A DNA stretch of 64,000 bases from an uncultured Flavonifractor sp. GTDB lineage: Bacteria > Bacillota > Clostridia > Oscillospirales > Oscillospiraceae. Under the pieces are notes generated by a model that was not told the DNA's origin, made no database searches, and saw only the letters and a list, made by a program, of their open reading frames with translations. Made by a program: the position numbers and the translations under genes. The stretch is from positions 28,130 to 92,129 of the forward strand of contig CALWXZ010000001.1 in the NCBI GenBank assembly GCA_944385625.1. Reading direction: 5' to 3'. Shown piece by piece: positions 48,375 through 56,849 of this stretch (positions are counted from its first letter, which is position 1; each line of letters starts with the position of its first letter).

Positions 48375-48656
48375 GTGCTGGTTCTCAGCCGTAAGGTGGG
48401 GGAATCCCTAATCATCGGGGACCACATCAGCATTACCATCCTCTCTATCGAAGCGGGCGGACAGGTCAATATCGGCATTTCCGCCCCGAAAGAGGTGCTG
48501 GTGCTGCGCAGCGAATTGCAGAAGGCCGTCACGGTCAACCAGGACGCCGCCGATACCGCCTCCTCCCTTCTGGTGGCCGAGCTGGAGTCCGCCCTGTCTG
48601 AATGCGGGCCGGCCCAGCCCGCACCTCCCGCCAAACCTCAGACGCCGGAGCCCTGA
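48375..48656 (+). CDS. csrA: Translational regulator CsrA
   Basis: MLVLSRKVGESLIIGD...IGISAPKEVLVLRSEL. Confidence 0.95.
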   Translation: MLVLSRKVGESLIIGDHISITILSIEAGGQVNIGISAPKEVLVLRSELQKAVTVNQDAADTASSLLVAELESALSECGPAQPAPPAKPQTPEP

Positions 48657-48743
48657 CCGGGCTGCGGCGCCGGCTTTTGTTTCCCCCTTTTATTTTTCCG
48701 GGCCGAGGCGCCATACCGCCTCTTCATCCAAAGGAGGACGCCC

Positions 48744-49826
48744 ATGATTCGTGATACATTACTGGTAATCGACGACTCCCCCCTGGACCTGGCCATCCTG
48801 CGGGAGATCTTCCGCTCCCTGTTTCAGGTAAAGTGCTTTGAGGAGTCCCGCCCCGCCCTGTCCTACATCCACCGCAACCCGGAGCGCATCTGTGCCGTGC
48901 TGCTGGACCTGTGTCTGGGCAAGCGGGGAGCCGGCTTCACCGTCCTTCAGCAGCTCCAGGCCGCGGAAAAGACCTGGGACGTCCCCGTGATCCTCATCAC
49001 ATCCGACGCCCAGGAAGAGCAGGTCCTGAAGGCGGTGCGCACCGGGGCGGCCGATTTTATCGTCAAGCCGGTGGACCCCGTCACCGTCCAGGAGCGGGTA
49101 TGCAGCGCGGTGTACGCCGCCTGGCCCGCCGGCTCCACCATTCTGGACTGTCCCCTCACCCAACCGGACAATGCCCCCCAGGCCCCTCAGGATGACCACT
49201 CCTTCCTGCTGGCTGACCACTGGGACCGCCTGCTGGAGCTTTTCCTCCAGGCCCGCCCCCACTTCTCCCTGGCCAAGTACCACGCCCTGGGACAGATCAC
49301 CGCCGCTCTGGCCAGCGGTTACCGCAAAAATAACCCCAACTGCCCTCTGACCCAGGAGGACGTGCAGTTGATCGGCCGGGCCGCCGTCTATTGCGACGTG
49401 GGCCTGCTGGGCATACCGGACACGGTGATAGAGCAGGGCCCAGACCAGGGCGGCACGGGCCAGCAGCTCTATCTGCGCCACACCGAGCTGGGTCACGCCC
49501 TGTTTACCACCGGTCCCTCCAGCAGCCATCCTCTGTCCCGCTACGCCGCCGAGATCGCCTACTGGCACCACAAAAACTTTGACGGCACCGGCTACCCCAC
49601 GGAACAGACCCCCAATCCCCTCCCGCTCAGCGCCCAGCTGACCCGCACCGCCATCCGCTGCATGGGCTATATGAACTACTTCTTGGGCTATCCCGACCGG
49701 ATAGACCGTCTGCTCCGCTCCCTGTCCTCCGACGTGGGCCGCTTTATCTCCCCGGATATGTATCAGGCCGCCCAAGCCGCCCGGGACAGTCTGTCCGACT
49801 GCCTCTCCTCCACCTGGCTGGAGTAA
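48744..49826 (+). CDS. Response regulator with degenerate HD-GYP-like domain
   Basis: REC (IDDS, LLDL, KP); YCDVG replaces LHDIGK, HHKNFDGTGYP retained. Confidence 0.75.
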   Translation: MIRDTLLVIDDSPLDLAILREIFRSLFQVKCFEESRPALSYIHRNPERICAVLLDLCLGKRGAGFTVLQQLQAAEKTWDVPVILITSDAQEEQVLKAVRTGAADFIVKPVDPVTVQERVCSAVYAAWPAGSTILDCPLTQPDNAPQAPQDDHSFLLADHWDRLLELFLQARPHFSLAKYHALGQITAALASGYRKNNPNCPLTQEDVQLIGRAAVYCDVGLLGIPDTVIEQGPDQGGTGQQLYLRHTELGHALFTTGPSSSHPLSRYAAEIAYWHHKNFDGTGYPTEQTPNPLPLSAQLTRTAIRCMGYMNYFLGYPDRIDRLLRSLSSDVGRFISPDMYQAAQAARDSLSDCLSSTWLE

Positions 49827-49867
49827 TTTCCCCTTCAAAATTGGGCCTGCAAGCGAAACAATACGAC

Positions 49868-49919
49868 AAAATGCACCTCACTGGTTTGCCTTTGCCAATA
49901 CCAGTGAGGTGCATTTTTT
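49868..49919. terminator. Bidirectional terminator
   Basis: 18-bp stem AAAATGCACCTCACTGGT/ACCAGTGAGGTGCATTTT. Confidence 0.85.
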
Positions 49920-49928
49920 GTCGGATTC

Positions 49929-50579
49929 TTATTCCCGGGCCGCGTGAAGATGGGCCGCCTGAAGGGCAAAAATATCGCAGCACAGCTTATCCTGTGTCTC
50001 GGTAGATAAATTCTCAAATTTACAGCCGTAGAAGTGGCGGTAGGGGCCGGTATCCAGGTCGTGCTGCCGCACCACAAGAAACTCCAGATTGTGGGCGGCC
50101 CCGCCTTCGCGAATCCTCTGGTTGTTGATCCAAAGACAGTCGCCGATCTGATAGCTCTCGTTGCTTTGAAAGGAAATGCCCGTGGCGCTGATATCCACAA
50201 TGACGCACGGCGCGTTGGACGCCTTGCCGTTAACCAGGGCAATCTCTGATTTTTTCAGCACCGATTGCCGAAAGTACTCCCGCTCCTCACTCTTTTCCAC
50301 AATAAGCCGGGGCTTTAGAACAAAATAGTTGTTTATGACTTGCTCAACCGCCCCCTCCACCAATATGAAGTGGGGCGCCCCCCTCCCCTGCTTGATATTC
50401 AGTTTGACCCAATCGTCAGGCTCCAAGAATTGCCGGGCGGCGGGTCTTTCTCCATCGACCCGAATGGTTTGATTCACCACGTCGCAATAGGCTATCTCGC
50501 CGAAAAAAAGAAGCTGGTTGTTCTTGGATAGAACCATGCAGCGGGTCCCCACGCTGTCCTTCACCAAATCAATTTGCAT
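49929..50579 (-). CDS. PilZ-domain c-di-GMP receptor (YcgR/MotI-like)
   Basis: REYFR and DISATG motifs. Confidence 0.85.
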   Translation of the reverse strand: MQIDLVKDSVGTRCMVLSKNNQLLFFGEIAYCDVVNQTIRVDGERPAARQFLEPDDWVKLNIKQGRGAPHFILVEGAVEQVINNYFVLKPRLIVEKSEEREYFRQSVLKKSEIALVNGKASNAPCVIVDISATGISFQSNESYQIGDCLWINNQRIREGGAAHNLEFLVVRQHDLDTGPYRHFYGCKFENLSTETQDKLCCDIFALQAAHLHAARE

Positions 50580-50945
50580 AAATCCCTTGTCCTCCCTATT
50601 GCTGGCGCGGTTCCTTCCTCAGATCACTCCAGGATGATCTCTCCGGGACTGTCAGTAAATATGCTTTAACGTATATCATAGCATTTTGATGGCGGGTTAA
50701 GCAAGAGATAATTTATGCTCTGGGAAATTTTTTGCCAAACCCGCCGGAAATGCCTGGCCTGTTCCTCTCTCCAAGTCCGCATCCTTCCGCACGTTGCTCC
50801 AGGCAGGGCCCCCGTATATCATTCAGCGCCCCACGCCGTCTGACAATCGGGGGCCTTTCGCGTTGTCCCGCACAGGGTTATGCCGCTCTCTCATTTCCAT
50901 ATCATCCAATTATTATTGGTTTCATGCCTCACGCCCCGCCTATCG

Positions 50946-50996
50946 ATAAAGCTTATCTATAGATGGACGCGCAGATGGGCGGTTACTTCCAATTGG
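50946..50996 (+). promoter_or_regulatory. LysR-type box plus CCAATTGG element upstream of acyl-CoA dehydrogenase 1
   Basis: ATAA-N7-CTAT, then 28 nt, then CCAATTGGA. Confidence 0.55.
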
Positions 50997-51101
50997 AGGT
51001 TTTGGCGGAAATCCGGTATCATTTATACCAGAGAACCCCCAATACAAAGGCACAAAACAATACAAAACGGGATGCCGTCCCGAAAAGAAAGGATGTTTGT
51101 T

Positions 51102-52226
51102 ATGGCGCTCATGTATACCGAGGAACAAAAGGAATTGCTGGCAATGGTCCGTCAGATGGCAGAGCGGGAAATCAAGCCTCATGTGGCCGAGTGCGACAGA
51201 ACCGGGGAGTGCCCCATGGAGCTGTTCAAGCCCGCCATTGACATGGGACTGCATATGCTGGAGATCCCCGAGGAGTACGGCGGCAGCGGCATGGATTTTG
51301 AGACCACCGCTATGGTTTTTGAAGAGCTGGCCAAAGTGGACGCCGGTTATGCAGACACCCTGGTGACCACCTTTGTGGCCCTGCGCAATGTGATTCTGGC
51401 CGGCACCAAGGAGCAGGCCCAGTACTTTGCCGACGTGGTGGCCGAGGGCAAGTTCGCCTGTTTTGCCATCACCGAGTCCAACGCCGGTTCCGACGCCGGC
51501 GCCCTGCGGGCCACCGCCGTGCGGGACGGGGATGACTTCATCCTCAACGGCACCAAGGTCTTTGCCACCAATGGCTCCTGCGCCTCCCTCTATGTCTCCT
51601 TCTTCCGCACCGAAAAGGGCATCACCGCCTTCCTCATCGACAGAGACACCCCGGGCTTCTCCGTTGGGGCTCACGAGGACAAGATGGGCTTCCGGCTGTC
51701 CAACACCACCGAGCTGGTCTTTGAGGACGTGCGGGTTCCCGCCTCCCGGGTCATCGGCGAGGAGGGCAAGGGCCTGAAGATCGCCATGAGCGGTCTGAAT
51801 ATCTCCCGGGCCTTTGTGGCCACCATGGCCGTGGGTATCATGCAGCGGGCTCTGGACGAGGCCCTGGCCTATGCCAAGCAGCGCACCCAGTTCGGCAAGC
51901 CCATCATCAAGTTCCAGATGGTCCAGGGTATGCTGGCCGATATGGCCATCAAGATCGAGGCCGCCCGGTGCCTGGTGAACAACACCATGAAGATGATTGA
52001 CGCCGGCATGGACGTGCGCAAGGAGGGCTCCATCACCAAGACCTTCGTGACCGACGTGGCTCAGGAGGTCACCTCCAACGCCGTGCAGATTCTGGGCGGC
52101 TACGGCTACAGCAGAGAGTACCCTGTGGAGAAACTCATGCGGGACGTCAAGATCTTCCAGATTTTCGAGGGCACCAACCAGATCCAGCGCCTCACCATCG
52201 CCAAGTGCCTGGAAGCGGAAAACTGA
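51102..52226 (+). CDS. Acyl-CoA dehydrogenase (Bcd/CarC-like)
   Basis: FAITESNAGSD, LNGTKVF, KMGFR, LGGYGY, IFEGTNQIQ; ATG at 51102. Confidence 0.92.
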   Translation: MALMYTEEQKELLAMVRQMAEREIKPHVAECDRTGECPMELFKPAIDMGLHMLEIPEEYGGSGMDFETTAMVFEELAKVDAGYADTLVTTFVALRNVILAGTKEQAQYFADVVAEGKFACFAITESNAGSDAGALRATAVRDGDDFILNGTKVFATNGSCASLYVSFFRTEKGITAFLIDRDTPGFSVGAHEDKMGFRLSNTTELVFEDVRVPASRVIGEEGKGLKIAMSGLNISRAFVATMAVGIMQRALDEALAYAKQRTQFGKPIIKFQMVQGMLADMAIKIEAARCLVNNTMKMIDAGMDVRKEGSITKTFVTDVAQEVTSNAVQILGGYGYSREYPVEKLMRDVKIFQIFEGTNQIQRLTIAKCLEAEN

Positions 52227-52255
52227 TTCTTACTTAACACGGCCGTTGCGGGGAG

Positions 52256-53920
52256 GTGGGCACATTGCCGGAGATGAAGATGGACGGAGCGCGCAGGGAC
52301 CGGTACCACCGTCTGGGCCAGTGGACGGACGACACGCTGCTGGACCGCTGGGACAGGAGCGTTGCGGCCTATGGGGACCGGGAATTTATCTCGGACGACC
52401 AGGGCGGGCGCTATACCTACCGGGAGATGGACCAGCTGGCCGGCCGGACCGCCGCAGTGCTGCGCCGCTATTCCATTGGCGCGGGAGACGTGGTTACCTT
52501 TCAGATCACGCCCCGGTGCGCCTTTGCGGCGGTCACGCTGGCCTGCTTCAAGCTGGGCGCGGTGGCCGTTCCCCTGGGTATGTGCTTTGAGCAAAAGGAA
52601 CTGAACGCGCTGCTGGCCTTTCTGGACAGCCGGCTCCACCTGAGCATGGCGTATTACCGGGACAAAGAGCGGGTCTCCATGCTGAAAGGCGCCACCGCCG
52701 GCCTGCCGCTGCTGAACGGGACCATCCTTGTGGGAGGGAGCTGCCCTGGGGAGGACAGCTCCTTCCCTCTCCTGGAGTCTCTCTGGCAGGAGGCCCTCTC
52801 GCCTCCCCCCTGCCACCGGGGCCACGGGGATGACCTGGCGGTCATCCTGTGTACCTCCGGCACATCCGGCGCCACCCGGGGCAGCAAGGCGGTGATGTTC
52901 ACCCACAACAACATTATCTTCAGCGAGGACGGCTTCAACCGGGAGCTGGGCCTCACCGAAGAGGACGCCATCTTTATGCCCGCCCCCCTCAACCACGCCA
53001 CCGGATTCCACCACGGCCTGATCTCCCCCATGCTCCGGGGGGGCCGGGTGGTACTGCAGGAGCGCTTCCACTGCGCCCAGGCTGTCCGGCAGATGAACGA
53101 CGAGCGCTGCACCTACTCCATGGGGGCCACCCCCTTCATCTACGACCTGGTGGCCCGGCTGGACGAGTCGGGCGAGGAGCTGCCCTGGCTGCGCTTTTAT
53201 GTCAGCGGCGGCGCTCCCCTGCCGGAGGAGCTGGTCAAGCGGGCCTACCAGAACCACAATATTCTGGTGTGCGAATGTTACGGCTCCACCGAAAGCGTCC
53301 CCCATGTGTTCGTCCGGCCCAAGGACGCCCTGCAAGTTATGGGCCGCTGGGCGGGCCAGACCATGGACGGGGTGGAGGTGCGCATTGTGGACAAGGATCA
53401 CAACCCCGTCCCCCCCAACGTCATCGGAGAGGAGGCCTCCCGGGGTCCCAACGTCTTTGTGGGATACTGGAAGCGGCCGGACCTTACCCGGCAGGCGCTG
53501 GATGACCAGGGCTGGTATTACAGCGGAGATCTGTGCATCATGGACGAGGCCGGCAACATCAAGGTGGTGGGCCGGAAAAAGGACATCATCATCCGGGGCG
53601 GAGAGAACCTGAACACCAACGAAATTAACGACGAGCTGGAGGGCTGCCCCGGCGTGACCGATCACGCGGTGATCGGTATGCCGGACTCCCGGCTGGGGGA
53701 GCGGATCTGCGCCTTTGTGGTGTGCCGCCCCCAGGCCCCCGCCCCAACCAAGGACAGTGTGATCGCCTATCTGAAGGCAAAGCACGTCCCCAAGCGCCAC
53801 TGGCCGGAGCGTCTGGAGCGCATCGACGCCATTCCCCGCACGGACAGCGGCAAGGTAAAGAAACACCTGCTGGCCCAGGAGCTGGAGCGCCGGATGGCCG
53901 CAGGAGAGGAGGGGGTGTGA
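52256..53920 (+). CDS. FadK/cyclohexanecarboxylate-CoA-ligase-like AMP-binding enzyme
   Basis: MPAPLNHATGF, GATPFIYDL, YGSTESVPH, GEEASRGPNVFVGY, SGDLC, GRKKDIIIRGGEN, PRTDSGKV, closely matching remembered E. coli FadK motifs. Confidence 0.88.
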   Translation: MGTLPEMKMDGARRDRYHRLGQWTDDTLLDRWDRSVAAYGDREFISDDQGGRYTYREMDQLAGRTAAVLRRYSIGAGDVVTFQITPRCAFAAVTLACFKLGAVAVPLGMCFEQKELNALLAFLDSRLHLSMAYYRDKERVSMLKGATAGLPLLNGTILVGGSCPGEDSSFPLLESLWQEALSPPPCHRGHGDDLAVILCTSGTSGATRGSKAVMFTHNNIIFSEDGFNRELGLTEEDAIFMPAPLNHATGFHHGLISPMLRGGRVVLQERFHCAQAVRQMNDERCTYSMGATPFIYDLVARLDESGEELPWLRFYVSGGAPLPEELVKRAYQNHNILVCECYGSTESVPHVFVRPKDALQVMGRWAGQTMDGVEVRIVDKDHNPVPPNVIGEEASRGPNVFVGYWKRPDLTRQALDDQGWYYSGDLCIMDEAGNIKVVGRKKDIIIRGGENLNTNEINDELEGCPGVTDHAVIGMPDSRLGERICAFVVCRPQAPAPTKDSVIAYLKAKHVPKRHWPERLERIDAIPRTDSGKVKKHLLAQELERRMAAGEEGV

Positions 53921-53922
53921 AC

Positions 53923-54453
53923 ATGAATACCCATGTGGGACCCTGTCGGTTTCTGGCCACCTCCAAGCCGCGGAAAACCAGGCCTGACGCCTGCTTTTAC
54001 CGCTGTTCCAGGTGCGGCAGGCTGCTGATCGGCCTGCCGGCGGAGGGTATTTCCCCGCCTGTATGCTGCGGCGTGGAGATGGAACAGCTCCGCCCCCTCT
54101 GCCTGGACGGCGTGGAAGGAGCGGAGCTGGACTATGAGATCCTGGGCGGACCCAATGAAAACGCGGTCCGGGTGAGCTGGCAGGGGGCCGCCCCAGCCTG
54201 GCTGTGGCTGGACACCTTCCGGGGCGGGCAGTATGTGGAGCCCGGACAGCGGGACCGCCGGGCGGTGTTCGCTCTGGCGGGGGAGGACGCCTATGCCTAC
54301 TGCGACAAAGACCCCTGCGAGGAGTGCAGCTTCCGTTGCAAAAACGGCTTTGTCCTCTATGCCTGGCTGCCGGAAAAGGGGCTGGTGAGCCTGTCTCTCA
54401 ATCGTATTGCCGCCACGTCAGCGACTGGGGTGAATAGGACCAGAATGCCGTGA
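53923..54453 (+). CDS. Desulfoferrodoxin-N-like protein with an atypical Cys-rich C-terminal domain
   Basis: YRCSRCG...VCCGVEM desulforedoxin motif; C-terminal CDKDPCEECSFRC. Confidence 0.65.
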   Translation: MNTHVGPCRFLATSKPRKTRPDACFYRCSRCGRLLIGLPAEGISPPVCCGVEMEQLRPLCLDGVEGAELDYEILGGPNENAVRVSWQGAAPAWLWLDTFRGGQYVEPGQRDRRAVFALAGEDAYAYCDKDPCEECSFRCKNGFVLYAWLPEKGLVSLSLNRIAATSATGVNRTRMP

Positions 54454-55315
54454 CAAAGTCGATAAAGCTCTCCACCGCCCGCTCCTTATACATTTTGCGG
54501 TTGAACACCATATGTACAATCCGGAAATCGGCCGGCACTTCGGGCAGCTCGATAAAGGAGATGTTGGAAAATACGCTGGCCCCCTGGGTCTTCAGCAGGA
54601 TGGCCACGGCGGAGTTGTCCACCAGCAGCTGCCCACACATGGCCTCCTCGCTGCTGTACAGGCACTCGGCGGTAAGGGCATGGTCGGAGAGCAGCTTCTG
54701 AACGCTGGCGCCGATGGGCTGTTCGCTGTGGTAGGAGATCAGGTGCTGGTCCTTCAGCTGGCTGAAGAGAAGGGATTTTTCGCCGGCCAGGGGGTGGTTC
54801 CGGGAGACGGCGGCCACCAGCTGCTGCTGGAGAATGGGCACAAAAAAGAGCTCGGGAATCCCCTCCACCAGGGAACAGAAGCCCACGTCCCACTGTTCCT
54901 TCTGAATGGCGGAGACGATGGTATTGGTCTGGGCCTGATGGACATGGAAGGTGACGTTGGAGCCCTTCGTGGCCAGAAAAGCCCGGGTGACCTGGGGCAG
55001 ATAGTCCCCCTGGATGGTGTGGATGCAGCCGATATCCACGGTGCCTCCCATGATCCCCACGTGCTCCCGGGCAGATTGAATGCCCTTCTCCAGGGTTTGC
55101 AGGGAGGCGGCCACATACTCATAAAACTCCTTTCCATACTTGGTCAGGTAGACGTTGCGGCCCTGTTTCTGGAACAGTTCAATGCCCAGTTCGGACTCAA
55201 GGGTGTTGATTGCACCGCTGAGCGTAGGCTGGGTGATATAGAGCTCCTGGGCGGCCTTTGTGTAGTGCTGAAGCTCCGCCAGCTTACAGAAATAATGAAG
55301 CTGAGACAAATTCAT
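54398..55315 (-). CDS. LysR-family transcriptional regulator
   Basis: MNLSQLHYF...HYTKAAQELYITQPTLSGAINTLESELG...GRNVYLT. Confidence 0.95.
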   Translation of the reverse strand: MNLSQLHYFCKLAELQHYTKAAQELYITQPTLSGAINTLESELGIELFQKQGRNVYLTKYGKEFYEYVAASLQTLEKGIQSAREHVGIMGGTVDIGCIHTIQGDYLPQVTRAFLATKGSNVTFHVHQAQTNTIVSAIQKEQWDVGFCSLVEGIPELFFVPILQQQLVAAVSRNHPLAGEKSLLFSQLKDQHLISYHSEQPIGASVQKLLSDHALTAECLYSSEEAMCGQLLVDNSAVAILLKTQGASVFSNISFIELPEVPADFRIVHMVFNRKMYKERAVESFIDFVTAFWSYSPQSLTWRQYD

Positions 55316-55357
55316 ACCTGTTCCCTCCCTGTATCTTAAAACGCGCTTACGATTATA

Positions 55358-55385
55358 ATTTTATAATTTTCACAATTATTGTCAA
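55358..55385 (-). promoter_or_regulatory. SigmaA promoter of the LysR gene
   Basis: TTGACA-N16-TAAAAT. Confidence 0.7.
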
Positions 55386-55406
55386 CCATTTTGCTCCAAA
55401 TAACAG

Positions 55407-55456
55407 ATAGGAAGAATCTATTGATCCGACGGTTTTCCCGGATGAGAGCCAATTGG
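55407..55456 (+). promoter_or_regulatory. LysR box plus CCAATTGG element upstream of acyl-CoA dehydrogenase 2
   Basis: ATAG-N7-CTAT, then 27 nt, then CCAATTGGA. Confidence 0.6.
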
Positions 55457-55550
55457 ACTTAACGTCCATTTGCAGGTAAGATGAATGCAGAAAGCACGGG
55501 CTGCTTCCGGTTTCCGGATACAAATTCCGTGACATTAAAACGAAAGGGAA

Positions 55551-56735
55551 GTGCATGAAATGAAAATGACCGACGAACAATTCAAGGCGTATCTGCTTCA
55601 GATCCGCGCGCTGGCCGAGGGCCCCTTCGACGAGATGCAGAAGGAGATCGAGGTCACCAACACCTTCCCCAAGGAATTCTATGAGCTGTCCATTAAGAAC
55701 GATCTGTATCGTTTCGCGCTGCCTGAGAAGTACGGCGGATTTGGCCTGAGCGAGAAGCAGATCCTCATGGTCCAGGAGGAGTTCTCCCGCGGCCCCGGCG
55801 GTATGCGTATGCACCTGCATCACGCCGCCGATCTGGACTGGCGTATTCTGGACGACTTCGGCAGCGAGGAGCTGAAGGCTCAGTACATGGACAAGTTCCA
55901 GGACAAGAGCATCTACGCCAACTTCGCTCTGACCGAGGCCACCGGCGGCACCGGCGCCGACATCCACACCACCGCCATCAAGGACGGCGACTACTACGTC
56001 ATCAACGGTGAGAAGACCCTTATCTCCCACACCGACTGCTCCGACTTCACCTACCTGATCGTGAAGACCGATCCCAGCTCCGACAAGGACAGCAGCCTGT
56101 CCGCCTTCTTTGTGGACGTACATACCCCCGGCTATGAGATCGTTCCCATGCCCCACATGATGGGCTGCCGGGGCGCCGGCCACGCCGGCCTGCGCTTCAC
56201 CAATATGCGGGTCCACAAGAAGTTCCTCCTGGGCAAGGAGGGCATGGGCCTGGAGATCGCCATGCACTCTCTGGCCGTTTCCCGCGCCCACATCGCCGTA
56301 TCCAACCTGGGTATGGCCCAGCGTATGCTGGAGCTGACCATCAAGCGGGCCAAGGACCGCGTCACCTTCGGCAAGCCCCTCATCAAGCGCCAGGCCATCC
56401 AGCAGACCATCGCCGACATGGGCACCGAGATCAACGCCCTGCGCCTGATGATCTGGGACTTTGCCAAGGACTATGACGCCGGCAAGAACATCGACATGAA
56501 GGCGGCCATGTGCAAGCTCCACTCCATCAACACCGTCCGCACCGTGTCCGACTCCATGCTGGAGATCTTCGGCGGCATCGGCTACTTTGAGGACTGCGAG
56601 TACGGCCCCGTGGAGCGGCTTTACCGTGACTGCCGCGCCATGTGGCTGGAGGAAGGCCCCCGTACCGTGCAGCGCCTGACCGCGTTCCGCGGCCTGGAGA
56701 AGAACGGCGGCCGGATCGAGTACCTGGACGACTGA
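55551..56735 (+). CDS. Acyl-CoA dehydrogenase, divergent subfamily
   Basis: FALTEATGGTGAD, INGEKTLIS, FGKPLIKRQAIQ, IFGGIGY, LEEGPRTVQ. Confidence 0.9.
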   Translation: MHEMKMTDEQFKAYLLQIRALAEGPFDEMQKEIEVTNTFPKEFYELSIKNDLYRFALPEKYGGFGLSEKQILMVQEEFSRGPGGMRMHLHHAADLDWRILDDFGSEELKAQYMDKFQDKSIYANFALTEATGGTGADIHTTAIKDGDYYVINGEKTLISHTDCSDFTYLIVKTDPSSDKDSSLSAFFVDVHTPGYEIVPMPHMMGCRGAGHAGLRFTNMRVHKKFLLGKEGMGLEIAMHSLAVSRAHIAVSNLGMAQRMLELTIKRAKDRVTFGKPLIKRQAIQQTIADMGTEINALRLMIWDFAKDYDAGKNIDMKAAMCKLHSINTVRTVSDSMLEIFGGIGYFEDCEYGPVERLYRDCRAMWLEEGPRTVQRLTAFRGLEKNGGRIEYLDD

Positions 56736-56787
56736 TCCCGCACCGGCAACTGAATCGGAAACAGGGCAAGCAGCCTTGCGTAGCCAG

Positions 56788-56832
56788 GGGGCCGTCGGGT
56801 GGGCAAACGCCCGACGGCCCCTTCATTTTTTA
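56788..56832 (+). terminator. Terminator-like hairpin inside the operon
   Basis: GGGGCCGTCGGG/CCCGACGGCCCC followed by TTCATTTTTT. Confidence 0.6.
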
Positions 56833-56849
56833 CGGGAAAGGAGATTGCT

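Noticed and set aside
50580-51100. Mobile-element boundary between the motility and catabolic clusters
   Set aside because: No integrase, transposase, tRNA or direct repeats are visible; the small ORFs here have no support
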